Below, one piece after another: positions 1 to 9,947 of a stretch of 64,000 nucleotides of DNA. Location of the stretch: the NCBI GenBank assembly GCA_016839705.1, contig JAEOTR010000025.1, forward strand, positions 18,416-82,415. Direction: 5' to 3'. Under the pieces are notes generated by a model. That model had not been told where the DNA came from, did not search any database, and was given only the letters and a program-made list of their open reading frames with translations. A program made the translations under genes and the position numbers. Every line of letters begins with the position of its first letter. Within the stretch, counting starts at the first letter, position 1. Source of the stretch: Promethearchaeota archaeon (lineage in GTDB: Archaea > Asgardarchaeota > Lokiarchaeia > Sigyniarchaeales > SOKP01).

Positions 1-2014
1 CCCCTGAAGTATCTAATGCTTTTTCAAAATCTTCAGGGATTTGATCGGAATTGCAGCAGCAATTACAGTTTAAGCACCTATTTGCTTCTCTTTTTGCTTG
101 TTCTTCAGTAAAACCTAATTCCATTTCATCAAAACAAACAAGTCTTTCCTCACCAGGCATGAAGTTCATTTCTTGGCAAGATTGAGTTAATATATATTTT
201 TTAGGTATTGTTGAGCGTTTTAAATCACTTTTTACAATTCTTCCTTCTCTTAAATTTAGTCCTCGTAGATATCTATCCATGGTGAAAGCTGCTTCTCTTC
301 CGTCTCCTATGGCATCAACGGCACACATTAATGAATTATAGATGATATCACCACCAGCGAAAACCCCTGGGATACCCGTTTCATAAGTTAAATCATCAAC
401 TACAATTTTACCTCTCTCAATTTTTAATTTATTATCCGTTGCCGCATTAAGTGGTTCTGGATCAAGCCCTTGACCAATAGCTATTACGACGTGATCAACA
501 ATTATTTTAAACTCTGATCCTTCAATTTTATTTAATGGTCTCCTTCCTGTTTCTGGATCAGGGTCACCCCATTTTATTTTATAACAGTTTAAGGCTAATT
601 TACCATCAGGTTCTTGTGTAATGTTTGCTGTTGATGTTTCAAAATGATATTCCATTAATTCTCGCTCAGCCTCATGTAAGTCTTTGAGCACGTTCTTTAA
701 AGCATCTTCGGAGAGGATATCGACAAGATCAGCTTTAGTTGCTCCTAATCGAATTGCAGTCTCACCAGCATCTACTGCAACTGCTCCTCCGCCGATTATC
801 CCAAAAGTTTTACCTTTGAATTCTTCAGGGTTTTCAGCACATTTATATTTTCGATCTAAAAGAAAATCAAGTGCAACATGTACATTAGGTAAGTCCTCAC
901 CATCAAGCCTTAAAGTTTTTGGCACATACAAGCCTATAGCAATAAAAACAGCTTTAAATCCTTCTTTCCAAATATCATCTAATGTAAATTTAGGTCCGAA
1001 TTCTTTATTCAAAACAATTTCTACACCCATGCTTCTAATAAATTCGACATCATGATCAAGCGCTTCATCAGAAAGTCTGTATTGTGGAACACCATACCTA
1101 ACTACACCTCCAGTTTTATCTCCTTTCTCGAAGATAGTTGGTTTATAGCCCATTCTTGCAAGAAAGTAAGCAGCAGATAACCCACCGGGTCCAGCACCTA
1201 TAACTGCTACTTTTTCTTTTGTTTGTGGTACAGGTTTTATCTTACTTTGATTAGGATGTTCGGCTTCCCAATCGGAAACAAACCTTTTTAGTTCCCGGAT
1301 CGCCACAGGATCATCAAAATATTGTCGATTACAATTTAGCGCACATTGAGCGGTACAGATCCTCCCACATAAATACGGTAAAGGATTTTTATCCCGTATA
1401 AGATCGATGGATTCTTGATATTTTCCTTCTGAAATTAGGGAAACATAACCTTGAACATCGACACCAGCGGGACATCCTACCACACATGGAGCAGTTCCTG
1501 ATAGGAAAGGTACACATCCCATAAAATAAGCAATATCTCCGTTATCCGTTGTCTTTAATCCTGTTCCCTCTAAAAATCCTGCTTTATTCGTAAATTTAAT
1601 TTTATCTTCAGCCATTAATTTTGGCAAGCTTGAATATACTCTTTCATGATTGCAGCTTATTAATCCATCTTGTAATGGTTGATACTCTGAAGCTAAGGAG
1701 CGAAGATCTTTAATGATTTTTGTAAAATTAACTCCGATTTCCTCTTTCGTCATAGGACAGTATACCGAACATAAACCGCATGTTAGACATTTCCAAATGT
1801 CATTCTTTTCTAAAGCTTCTTCCGGCGTAGAAAAAGTCAAATCCATAATTAAGCTACGGGGGTAAAAAATATCAAGGTATGCGGTTGGGCAAACATTATT
1901 ACAACGATTACAAGAGTAGCAGTAATTTGCAGCATTATTTACTTTTTTAAGCAACTCGATTGAAGCGCTCCCAGTAATTTTTTCTTCAGCTGCTTTTTCA
2001 TCGATTTCAGTCAT
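1..2014 (-). CDS. HdrC/HdrD-like Fe-S protein with inserted GltD/NfnB-like FAD/NAD oxidoreductase module (3' end runs off the window)
   Basis: Not in the ORF track because it has no stop in the window. Hand translation from ATG 2014: CYSCNRCNNVCP and WKCLTCGLCSVYCP (2x4Fe-4S), GDIAYFMGCVPF (CCG-domain start), APCVVGCPAGVDVQGY and CGRICTAQCALNCNR, two dinucleotide-binding Gly motifs, EANRCLNC. Confidence 0.85.
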   Translation of the reverse strand, partial: MTEIDEKAAEEKITGSASIELLKKVNNAANYCYSCNRCNNVCPTAYLDIFYPRSLIMDLTFSTPEEALEKNDIWKCLTCGLCSVYCPMTKEEIGVNFTKIIKDLRSLASEYQPLQDGLISCNHERVYSSLPKLMAEDKIKFTNKAGFLEGTGLKTTDNGDIAYFMGCVPFLSGTAPCVVGCPAGVDVQGYVSLISEGKYQESIDLIRDKNPLPYLCGRICTAQCALNCNRQYFDDPVAIRELKRFVSDWEAEHPNQSKIKPVPQTKEKVAVIGAGPGGLSAAYFLARMGYKPTIFEKGDKTGGVVRYGVPQYRLSDEALDHDVEFIRSMGVEIVLNKEFGPKFTLDDIWKEGFKAVFIAIGLYVPKTLRLDGEDLPNVHVALDFLLDRKYKCAENPEEFKGKTFGIIGGGAVAVDAGETAIRLGATKADLVDILSEDALKNVLKDLHEAERELMEYHFETSTANITQEPDGKLALNCYKIKWGDPDPETGRRPLNKIEGSEFKIIVDHVVIAIGQGLDPEPLNAATDNKLKIERGKIVVDDLTYETGIPGVFAGGDIIYNSLMCAVDAIGDGREAAFTMDRYLRGLNLREGRIVKSDLKRSTIPKKYILTQSCQEMNFMPGEERLVCFDEMELGFTEEQAKREANRCLNCNCCCNSDQIPEDFEKALDTSG

Positions 2015-2206
2015 ATTTTCTCAATAAAATTAAGTGTTTGATACTGTTTATCTAAAATTTTTTTTTAATTTGAATATAACTATTATAATTTGATAATAAC
2101 AACTTTACATACACTTCTTATTTCGCATTAGATTTTCTATTTTAACGTCTTAATTTAAAATACTAAAATTTTTACGTTTGCTTATATTAATTAAAATATA
2201 AAGATA

Positions 2207-5200
2207 ATGGTTTCCAAAATAGATCTCTTAAAATATCGATGCCCCTTCTGTAAAAAAGAATTAGAATCGAAATTTTCAAAATGCTTTAATATTTACTGCC
2301 AAGGGCAGAAATTCAACACAGGAAATTTAGTTATTTATAGGTTAAATCCAGAATTAGGCTTAGGAAGGATTATAAAGGTAATAGAAATTCCTACTTCAAA
2401 ATCTTTAGATGATGAAGACACAACCTTTTTCTCAAAATATAAAGTTCTTTTCAAAAATAACATTGTAAAGATTATACATCCTATAGATTTAGTACACTTC
2501 ATTTTTGAAGAGAATGAGAAAATTGAAAGCAAACAGGGAATTGGAATCATTAATTCTGAAGATTTTTTAAACCAGGATGGGAAAATCTCTTATGAGTTTT
2601 TAAAGAAAAATGGAAAAGTATCACAGATTTATGAATCTGAAATTTTTTCTAAGTTTATACCAACTCTCGATTTAAAAATATCACAACGAAAATACGACCC
2701 TCCGAGACAATTCTTGATTAAATATTGGGCTCATCTCTTTTATTCTTATTACACTTCTTATCAAATAAAGTGTATAACAAATTCTCGTTTGTCCTTAATG
2801 CCACATCAAATTAATGTGACACATCGATTATCTGAAGAATATTTCCCAAGAATTATCCTTGCCGATGAAGTTGGATTAGGGAAAACAATAGAAGCGGGTA
2901 TATATATCAAAGAGATGATGGCGAGAAATCTTGCTGAACGAGTAATTATAATTGTGCCTGCTTCATTAGTAAAACAATGGCAGTTTGAGATGCAAAACAA
3001 ATTTAACATCAATTTTACAATTTATGATGGAAAAAAAATAAAGGAATTACAACGAAACGGTAATTATAAAAGTGCTGAGATGTATCAAAATCTCTTTTAC
3101 TATGATAATTTAATTATCTGTTCGCTTCAATTTGCGAGAAATCAAAAATATATTGAAATGATCTCTGCAATTTCCTGGGATATTGTAATTTTTGATGAAG
3201 CTCATCATTTAAGGCGATATTTAACCAATACATCTTCAGGAAGATACAGAGAAACTCTCAATTATGAATTAGCTCGGAATTTAAGCTTAAAATCAGAAAG
3301 TATGCTTTTATTAACTGCCACTCCATTACAACTCCACTCATTTGAACTATTTTCATTGATCGAGCTGATCCACCCTGAATCATTTAACAATTTCAGTGAT
3401 TTTGAACATTTTAGAAAAAATATGCCCTTCATCAATCTACTAATTACCAATATAAATCAAATTGACAAATTAAATAATTTTGAAGTAAAAAATACCGTAA
3501 AACTTCTCAAAGATCTTAATTACATTAGTAAAGACAAGAGTAATGCACAAATCCTTGCTGAGATAAAAGATGAATCATTGAGACTAAATATATTGAAAAG
3601 AATTGAACAAGACCATACGCTTTCAAAATTCTTAATAAGAAATCGAAAGAAAAATATCTTTACTGAAGAACTCATCAATAAAAGAATCGTTCACACCATT
3701 TTAGTTAACCCTACCAAAGAAGAATTGGATGTGTATAATGAAATTCGCCTATATCTAGCTCAGATTTATAATTCATCTCCTAGTAAAGAAAATGTCGGTT
3801 TAGGATTTGTATTAACAACTCTTCAGAAATTATTAACAAGCTCGAAATTTGCGATATTAAAAAGCCTTGAGAGAAGATTAGAGCAGATTAATAGGTTTAA
3901 AGATATTTTTTTAAATTTAGATGCTATAAAAGATGAAGATCCTGAATATTTTGAGCTAGAAGTGGAAGATGAGTTTCTCGACTCAGAAATTTTTGAAAAA
4001 TATAAAGATAAATTATCCAAAGAACAAATTGAGTATGGATCAAATGTATTTAACCAACAAAACATCTTAAAGGAATTCTATACTAAATTAAAAAATTTAC
4101 CGTATGATTCTAAATCTGATAAATTAGTTGAAGTTATCAATCAGATTCATTCTCGAAATCCTAGAGAAAAATTAATAATCTTTACACAATTCGTTGATAC
4201 ACTTAATTATTTGAAAGATCTGTTGAAAAAGGAAAATTGTGATTATTTTGTGGAAATTTTTTATGGAGGTTTAGATAAGGATCAAAAAGATGAAGCAGTC
4301 GAGAGATTTCGTAATGATCAGAATTTTTCAATTCTTATTTCAACTGAAATTGGGGGTGAGGGTCGAAATTTTCAATTCTGTCGAACCCTCATAAACTATG
4401 ATTTACCTTGGAATCCAATGAAACTTGAACAAAGAATTGGAAGGCTTGATAGAATTGGACAAGAATCCCGAGAAATTTATATATATAATTTCTACTTAGA
4501 AGGTACTGTTGAAACAGATGTTGTTTATGCATTGATAAAGAGGATTAACCTATTTGAAGAATCAATTGGAATATTAGAACCCATTATTGGGAGAATAGAG
4601 AAAGATCTTAAAAACGTTATTTTTGCAGAAGATGATAAGAAAAAAAGAAAAAAATTAAATGAATTTTACCGAACATTGGATGAAGAAATTCAAAGGGCAA
4701 AGGAAATTGAAATACAATTAGATGACCTAATGATTGATAAAAGGTCTTTCCAAATGGAAAGTTTAGTAAGTACGCTTGCATCCTGTATTGATGTAAAACT
4801 TACTCATAATAAACTTTTTTTACTAATTAGCTACTTTTTCAACCTTAACAGTCACAAATATGGAATTGTTGGAAATTTAGAAAATAAAATAGATAATGAT
4901 GGAGGGATTATTCAATTTATATCGAAAATAAAAATAGATAAGAAATTGTTAAGAACTCATAAATATAATCTCCTCGATGAATATATTGGGACTTTTGATT
5001 TAGATTTTGCTCGAGAGAGAGAAGAATATGATTTTTTTGCTTTAGGTCACCCTTTGATTAATGCAATCTTAGATTTTTGTATGAATGATTCCTTTAAAGG
5101 AAATTATACTTCTCTGAATTTGAAAAAAAACACTATACCTAACAATATAATAGCGGATTTAGCTCATCAGAAAGAATTTTATCTATTTGTTTTTTCAGTC

Positions 5201-5815
5201 AAATTTCAAGGATATATAATTGAAAACCAGATATTAAGTGTACTTATGGATAAAAATGGAAATGAAATGAAAAAATTACAGGATTTTGTCTTAAATATAG
5301 AGAACTATGACAAAGTTTTTGAGTTTAGCGAACAATCAAAAAATCTCGAGAAATCTGTTGATTTGATTTCAAATCTTCAAGCTAAGGCTAAAAAGATCGT
5401 AAAATCTAAAACCTCGATTTGGAAAAAAGAAATAAAAGAACTTAATGACAAAATCTTTACTATTGAAAGAGAAAAAAAGAAGAAAATGTACGCTTATAAC
5501 AGAAGGGTTTTAAATTTTAAACTAGAATCAGTACATCAGAGATTAGAACGTAATATCAATAAGAAACCCACAAACCGGCAACTTCAGAATATTAATAATT
5601 TACAGGATGAGGTCAAGAAACAAGAAAGACTGCAGGGAATAAAAAGATTGCAAGAAGAAATAAGGTTTGATGAAAGAGATATAAAACGAATAGAAAAAAC
5701 ATTAGACGATTTATCTTTTGAATATGAAGACTTAAAAAATGAGATGATAAGAAGGAACTTAGCGAAATTCTATACTAACGTATTATCTTTTGCTATTATA
5801 CAACTCGATGACTAG
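2207..5815 (+). CDS. SNF2-family helicase/ATPase, RapA/HepA-like
   Basis: LMPHQ, ILADEVGLGKTIEAG, DEAHH, LLLTATP, GGEGRNFQF, DLPWNPMKLEQRIGRLDRIGQ; N-terminal CPFC..C..C and PELGLGRI; C-terminal coiled coil. Confidence 0.9.
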   Translation: MVSKIDLLKYRCPFCKKELESKFSKCFNIYCQGQKFNTGNLVIYRLNPELGLGRIIKVIEIPTSKSLDDEDTTFFSKYKVLFKNNIVKIIHPIDLVHFIFEENEKIESKQGIGIINSEDFLNQDGKISYEFLKKNGKVSQIYESEIFSKFIPTLDLKISQRKYDPPRQFLIKYWAHLFYSYYTSYQIKCITNSRLSLMPHQINVTHRLSEEYFPRIILADEVGLGKTIEAGIYIKEMMARNLAERVIIIVPASLVKQWQFEMQNKFNINFTIYDGKKIKELQRNGNYKSAEMYQNLFYYDNLIICSLQFARNQKYIEMISAISWDIVIFDEAHHLRRYLTNTSSGRYRETLNYELARNLSLKSESMLLLTATPLQLHSFELFSLIELIHPESFNNFSDFEHFRKNMPFINLLITNINQIDKLNNFEVKNTVKLLKDLNYISKDKSNAQILAEIKDESLRLNILKRIEQDHTLSKFLIRNRKKNIFTEELINKRIVHTILVNPTKEELDVYNEIRLYLAQIYNSSPSKENVGLGFVLTTLQKLLTSSKFAILKSLERRLEQINRFKDIFLNLDAIKDEDPEYFELEVEDEFLDSEIFEKYKDKLSKEQIEYGSNVFNQQNILKEFYTKLKNLPYDSKSDKLVEVINQIHSRNPREKLIIFTQFVDTLNYLKDLLKKENCDYFVEIFYGGLDKDQKDEAVERFRNDQNFSILISTEIGGEGRNFQFCRTLINYDLPWNPMKLEQRIGRLDRIGQESREIYIYNFYLEGTVETDVVYALIKRINLFEESIGILEPIIGRIEKDLKNVIFAEDDKKKRKKLNEFYRTLDEEIQRAKEIEIQLDDLMIDKRSFQMESLVSTLASCIDVKLTHNKLFLLISYFFNLNSHKYGIVGNLENKIDNDGGIIQFISKIKIDKKLLRTHKYNLLDEYIGTFDLDFAREREEYDFFALGHPLINAILDFCMNDSFKGNYTSLNLKKNTIPNNIIADLAHQKEFYLFVFSVKFQGYIIENQILSVLMDKNGNEMKKLQDFVLNIENYDKVFEFSEQSKNLEKSVDLISNLQAKAKKIVKSKTSIWKKEIKELNDKIFTIEREKKKKMYAYNRRVLNFKLESVHQRLERNINKKPTNRQLQNINNLQDEVKKQERLQGIKRLQEEIRFDERDIKRIEKTLDDLSFEYEDLKNEMIRRNLAKFYTNVLSFAIIQLDD

Positions 5816-6350
5816 ACTTAGCATTTACATTTTTAAGCATTTGATGTGTCAGGTTTAAGAAGGCACCTTCGACATTTTCACCTATTTTAACAGAAGTAGA
5901 TATAAAAGCAGTATTTTCTCTCTTAGCTAGAGCTTCAGCACTATCTTTATCATATTCCCCATAACTATCTTCTATTAAATCCGCTTTATTTCCTATCAGT
6001 ATAAAAAGGATATCTTTCCCTGCGAATTCTCGTAAATCTGAGAGCCAATCATCTAATTCTTTAAATGTATGCCATCTTGAGATATCAAAAACTATTAGTG
6101 CTCCTTTTGCTCCATCGAAAAAACTTGCTCGAAGGAATTTGTAGCGGTCTTGTCCACCAATATCCCATATCTGTAATTTACATGTAGTATCTGGTTTTGG
6201 GTATCCCTCAATAATTTTCGAAAGAAAGTCTGCTCCTATCGTTAATTTATAACAAAAAGAGAATTTATTCTCAAGGAAACGATGCAAAAGGCTAGTTTTT
6301 CCCACTACTCCTGGGCCAATTATGATTACTTTAAAAACGTATAAGGACAT
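5796..6350 (-). CDS. Rab-like small GTPase
   Basis: G1 GPGVVGKTS, G2 LTIG, G3 WDIGGQ, G4 NKAD, G5 TSVK. Confidence 0.93.
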   Translation of the reverse strand: MSLYVFKVIIIGPGVVGKTSLLHRFLENKFSFCYKLTIGADFLSKIIEGYPKPDTTCKLQIWDIGGQDRYKFLRASFFDGAKGALIVFDISRWHTFKELDDWLSDLREFAGKDILFILIGNKADLIEDSYGEYDKDSAEALAKRENTAFISTSVKIGENVEGAFLNLTHQMLKNVNAKSSHRVV

Positions 6351-6505
6351 AATGAATGGGACTAATGTTATTTAAAAAATCTAGTTTAATAAATAATCTA
6401 AATCAAATATTTAAACATTTTCACAAATGATTCATTTATATAGAAACGACAATAAAGTGTATACTCTTTTAGCCTATTAGAATTTGTACTTTTGGAAAAA
6501 ATAAC

Positions 6506-7033
6506 TTAAGAATAATGTTGTAACATTCTTAGGGTAAGCTCTAAAAAGGCTTTCTCAACATTATCTCCATTTTTAGCAGAAGTTGTAAAAAATGAGCTAT
6601 TAATCTGTTCTGCAAACTTTTGAGGTTCTTCTGAATCTATTACTTCCCCAATATCTGGTATTAGATCTGATTTATTCCCAATTAATACTATAGGAATTTC
6701 TTCTTGGATAATACTATTCATATCAGTTAGCCATTCTTTCATTTTTGGGAATGTTTTTGCTCGTGAGAGATCAAAAGCTAGTAGAGCACCATGGGTTCCT
6801 TCATAAAAACTACGACGTAGAAATTTAAATCGTTCTTGTCCTCCTACATCCCAGATTGAAAGTCTAGCTAATTTTCCTTTTTTATATTCAACGGTTTTGG
6901 CTAAGAAATCGACACCGATGGTAAATTGGTATTCACCCGAAAATTTATTCTCAACAAATCGTCGTATTAGGCTGGATTTACCAACTGCGGGAGGTCCAAT
7001 AATAATTATTTTGAAAGTATATTCAGCGGTCAT
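6506..7033 (-). CDS. Rab-like small GTPase
   Basis: GPPAVGKSS, FTIGVDF, WDVGGQERF, NKSD, TSAK. Confidence 0.95.
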   Translation of the reverse strand: MTAEYTFKIIIIGPPAVGKSSLIRRFVENKFSGEYQFTIGVDFLAKTVEYKKGKLARLSIWDVGGQERFKFLRRSFYEGTHGALLAFDLSRAKTFPKMKEWLTDMNSIIQEEIPIVLIGNKSDLIPDIGEVIDSEEPQKFAEQINSSFFTTSAKNGDNVEKAFLELTLRMLQHYS

Positions 7034-7071
7034 TGTTTTTCAGTTATAATTATGTATAATTCAATATTGGG

Positions 7072-7884
7072 TTATTTATTTATTAAATTGTACTTTTTTC
7101 CATATTGTTTAAATAATTTCGTTCCTCCACCCTCTTGCAAGATTCGCAATGTTGCTTTTGAGTTTAGAATTTCCATACCACCAACTATGTTTACGCCATT
7201 TTCAAATAAAACATCTGGAACTAAGCTGGCTGAGGGCCCAATTAAAACTATCTTTCGAGCTTTATTTCTGAACAATTCTAATATTTTTTCAATAGTATTG
7301 TTGATTAATGTAGTTCCTGTACAAAATAAGATATCGGTTGAAAAATCATTATTTCTTAATTGTTCTATTTTATTGCTAAATTTGAACTCATTAAATTCTG
7401 CTGTTAATGGAATAGAATCCTCCACTAAAGTAATAGCTTTTGTCATTTTACTTAACTTATGAATTAGGGGTTTCATTAATCCAATAACCATAATTTTGGT
7501 ATCAATATCAATATTCAATTCACTAAGTAAATCACCATTCAATTTGGTGTAAGAACTTTTAATTTTAAAAATATGCTGAGAGATTGCGTTAATAGTTGCA
7601 AGACCCACAATTTTTTTAATGTTTGGAGGTTCAATTGACCAGTCCATCAGTTCAAATAATGCTTTATTCGTAAGATTTCCGGCAAATTCTATTTTACTAC
7701 AATCAATATTATTTACTATACTAGGAACTGTAGCAGCTAGCCCTAAAAATGAACCAGCTTTCTGAGTAGAAATCTCTACACCGGTATATCCTAATCCTAA
7801 AACAACTCTAGAAACCTTTGGAGGTTGTATGTTATGACTTATATAGGTTTGCTTAAGGTGTTCTACGGTTTTTTCTAAAATCAT
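7072..7884 (-). CDS. DUF364/DUF4213 Rossmann-like (putative heavy-metal chelation) protein
   Basis: GLGYTGV, GLATINA, TGTTLINNT, IGPSAS and GGG motifs typical of the family. Confidence 0.75.
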   Translation of the reverse strand: MILEKTVEHLKQTYISHNIQPPKVSRVVLGLGYTGVEISTQKAGSFLGLAATVPSIVNNIDCSKIEFAGNLTNKALFELMDWSIEPPNIKKIVGLATINAISQHIFKIKSSYTKLNGDLLSELNIDIDTKIMVIGLMKPLIHKLSKMTKAITLVEDSIPLTAEFNEFKFSNKIEQLRNNDFSTDILFCTGTTLINNTIEKILELFRNKARKIVLIGPSASLVPDVLFENGVNIVGGMEILNSKATLRILQEGGGTKLFKQYGKKYNLINK

Positions 7885-7948
7885 TTAAACAAGTAAATAT
7901 CAATTTTGTTTAAATAATAAAGTTGCTTATTTAACATTAAAAATTTTT

Positions 7949-8344
7949 ATGAATCGTGAGTTTCGTTTGGATTACATTATTATTGAAAATGAAAAAATTG
8001 GCCAAATTAAAGCTGAGCTCCTTAGAGATAAGAATCCTAAGACATGTGATGCAATTTGGGATGCTTTACCATTTGAGGTTAATCTAGCAAGATGGGGAGA
8101 AGAATTGTATGGTGAAATTCCCGTCTCTTTGGGGCAAGAAAATTCTCAAGTTGACTGTGAAGTAGGAGATATTGGGTTTTGGCCAAGTGGGAATGGATTT
8201 TGTATCTTTTTTGGACCTACTCCTGCTAGTAAAGATGATAAACCAAAAGCAGCGTCTCCAGTGAATATATTTGCGAAAGTTGAAGGAGATGCAAATATTT
8301 TTAATCAATTCTCATCCTTTAAAGGTCAAGTAAAAAAAGGGTAA
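7949..8344 (+). CDS. Cyclophilin-like fold protein (DUF369/TM1367-like)
   Basis: PKTCDAIWDALP, WGEELY, GDIGFWPSGNGFCIFFGPTP, ASPVN. Confidence 0.8.
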   Translation: MNREFRLDYIIIENEKIGQIKAELLRDKNPKTCDAIWDALPFEVNLARWGEELYGEIPVSLGQENSQVDCEVGDIGFWPSGNGFCIFFGPTPASKDDKPKAASPVNIFAKVEGDANIFNQFSSFKGQVKKG

Positions 8345-8380
8345 TAATTTCTCTTAATTCTACGAAATTTTAATAAACAA

Positions 8381-8653
8381 TTGTTGAGTGCTACTAATAT
8401 GCTTGAACCCATTCAAGAGGAAATAACCAGAGCAAGAAAATTATTAAATGAGGGAAAGGTAGAAGAAGCTCTTGAATTTATAAAGAACCTAGAAGAAAGG
8501 AAAAACTTGACAGATATTGAGAAAGTTGAATGTCTTATTCTTAAAGGTTGTATCTTCAATGAAATGGGATTGCATAATGATTGGCTGGAACTTTCTAAAC
8601 TTATTTTACAAGAAGGTGAACAATTAGGAAAGCCGAATTTGAATCTTTCGTGA
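8381..8653 (+). pseudogene. Truncated TPR-like protein (N-terminal fragment)
   Basis: Helical TPR-like pattern (ARKLLNEGKVEEAL...LILKGCIFNEMG) ends abruptly after ~90 aa. Confidence 0.45.
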
Positions 8654-8730
8654 TTTTTTCCAAAGTAATTATTTCTTGAGGGTACTCAACGTCATTCATT
8701 TCTAATATAAGGAATATATTATTTTTTATT

Positions 8731-9162
8731 TTACAGTATAATTATTTCTAACTCTTCTCTAGACTCAGCATTTCCTTTTAAGATGCTATTTTGATTGCTA
8801 AAATTATCAAAATTCAGTTTAGTGTCTTTAGCAATTACACAATTATTTAGTTTGAAATTCTTTCCTATATTGACATTATCAAGTATTATACAATTAGAAA
8901 TTTCTGCATAATCATCGATTACGGAGTTATTTCCGATGTAAACCTTGGGTCCGATGAGTACATCATCGCCTATTTTCACATGATTTCCAAGAATAACGGG
9001 TTCCATGAATGTAGGATAGTCTCCTATATAATTATCTATTTTTAACCCTTTAATATGATCTTTTAGTAGTTTTGTTTTTAAATCTTTAATTTCTTCTAAA
9101 TCAAATTCTTTTTTACTAAGTAGGCTTTCTAAATGTTGTAGTAGTTCTTTCATAATTATCAC
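8731..9162 (-). CDS. Stand-alone left-handed beta-helix (hexapeptide repeat) protein
   Basis: ILGNHV-KIGDDV-LIGPKV-YIGNNS hexapeptide repeats. Confidence 0.75.
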   Translation of the reverse strand: MIIMKELLQHLESLLSKKEFDLEEIKDLKTKLLKDHIKGLKIDNYIGDYPTFMEPVILGNHVKIGDDVLIGPKVYIGNNSVIDDYAEISNCIILDNVNIGKNFKLNNCVIAKDTKLNFDNFSNQNSILKGNAESREELEIIIL

Positions 9163-9174
9163 TTACATAAAGAA

Positions 9175-9882
9175 TTATAATTCTAATATCTCAATTAATT
9201 TTTCAATATTCTTCCCAGTTTTAGCACTTGTCGTTATAACTTGAATATCAGGATTAATATTCTTAGCATCATCAACCATTTTTTGAACGTCAGTTCCTAA
9301 TCTCTCTGCTAAATCAATTTTGTTAATAACAGCAACCTGAGACATTTTAAAAAGCATTGGATGTTTTTCTATCACCCATTCTCCCTCAGTTGTAGAAACT
9401 ATGGTGATTCGTTTATCAGTACCAAGAGTAAAGTCAGAAGGGCAAATCAAATTTCCTACATTTTCGATGAATAATAAATCAAAATTTTTCAGATCTTTAT
9501 TCTCGATAATTTGATGAATGTGATAGGCATTTAAAGCACACTCTCGACCAGTATTAATCTGAATTGTTTCAGCATTATGCACTTGAATTCTATCCGCATC
9601 AACTCTGGTAGTAATATCACCACAAATTACTAAAATTCTATACTTCTTAGATAAGATCTCAACCATTTTTTCTATGATTGCTGTTTTCCCGGCACCTATC
9701 GCTCCAACTATATCTATCGATTTTATATCAAATTTTCGTAATTCCTGATTATTCAGTTGTGCTAGACGTTCATTATCTTTTTCTACTTCCATTTTAGTTT
9801 GGACTACAAGGTCTCGAATATCATCAGTTGCTAAATTAATGCTCTCAAGTTCTTTTATCCGTTCAATATCTTTTTCTGACAT
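9175..9882 (-). CDS. hypB: Hydrogenase nickel incorporation GTPase HypB
   Basis: GAIGAGKT, INTGRECAL, ENVGNLICP, STTEGE, KHP, NKIDL. Confidence 0.9.
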   Translation of the reverse strand: MSEKDIERIKELESINLATDDIRDLVVQTKMEVEKDNERLAQLNNQELRKFDIKSIDIVGAIGAGKTAIIEKMVEILSKKYRILVICGDITTRVDADRIQVHNAETIQINTGRECALNAYHIHQIIENKDLKNFDLLFIENVGNLICPSDFTLGTDKRITIVSTTEGEWVIEKHPMLFKMSQVAVINKIDLAERLGTDVQKMVDDAKNINPDIQVITTSAKTGKNIEKLIEILEL

Positions 9883-9947
9883 TCTTATTAATAAATAAAA
9901 GAAAAGGCTATAAGGATTACTTTTTTAAATTAAAAATCAAAAAAAAA

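Noticed and set aside
684-1055. Plus-strand 123-aa ORF and the many other short ORFs antisense to or nested within long genes
   Set aside because: Shadow frames of well-supported genes, with no motifs of their own
2207-5815. DISARM/BREX-type defence system around the SNF2 helicase
   Set aside because: No methylase, DUF1998, phospholipase D or pglZ genes adjacent
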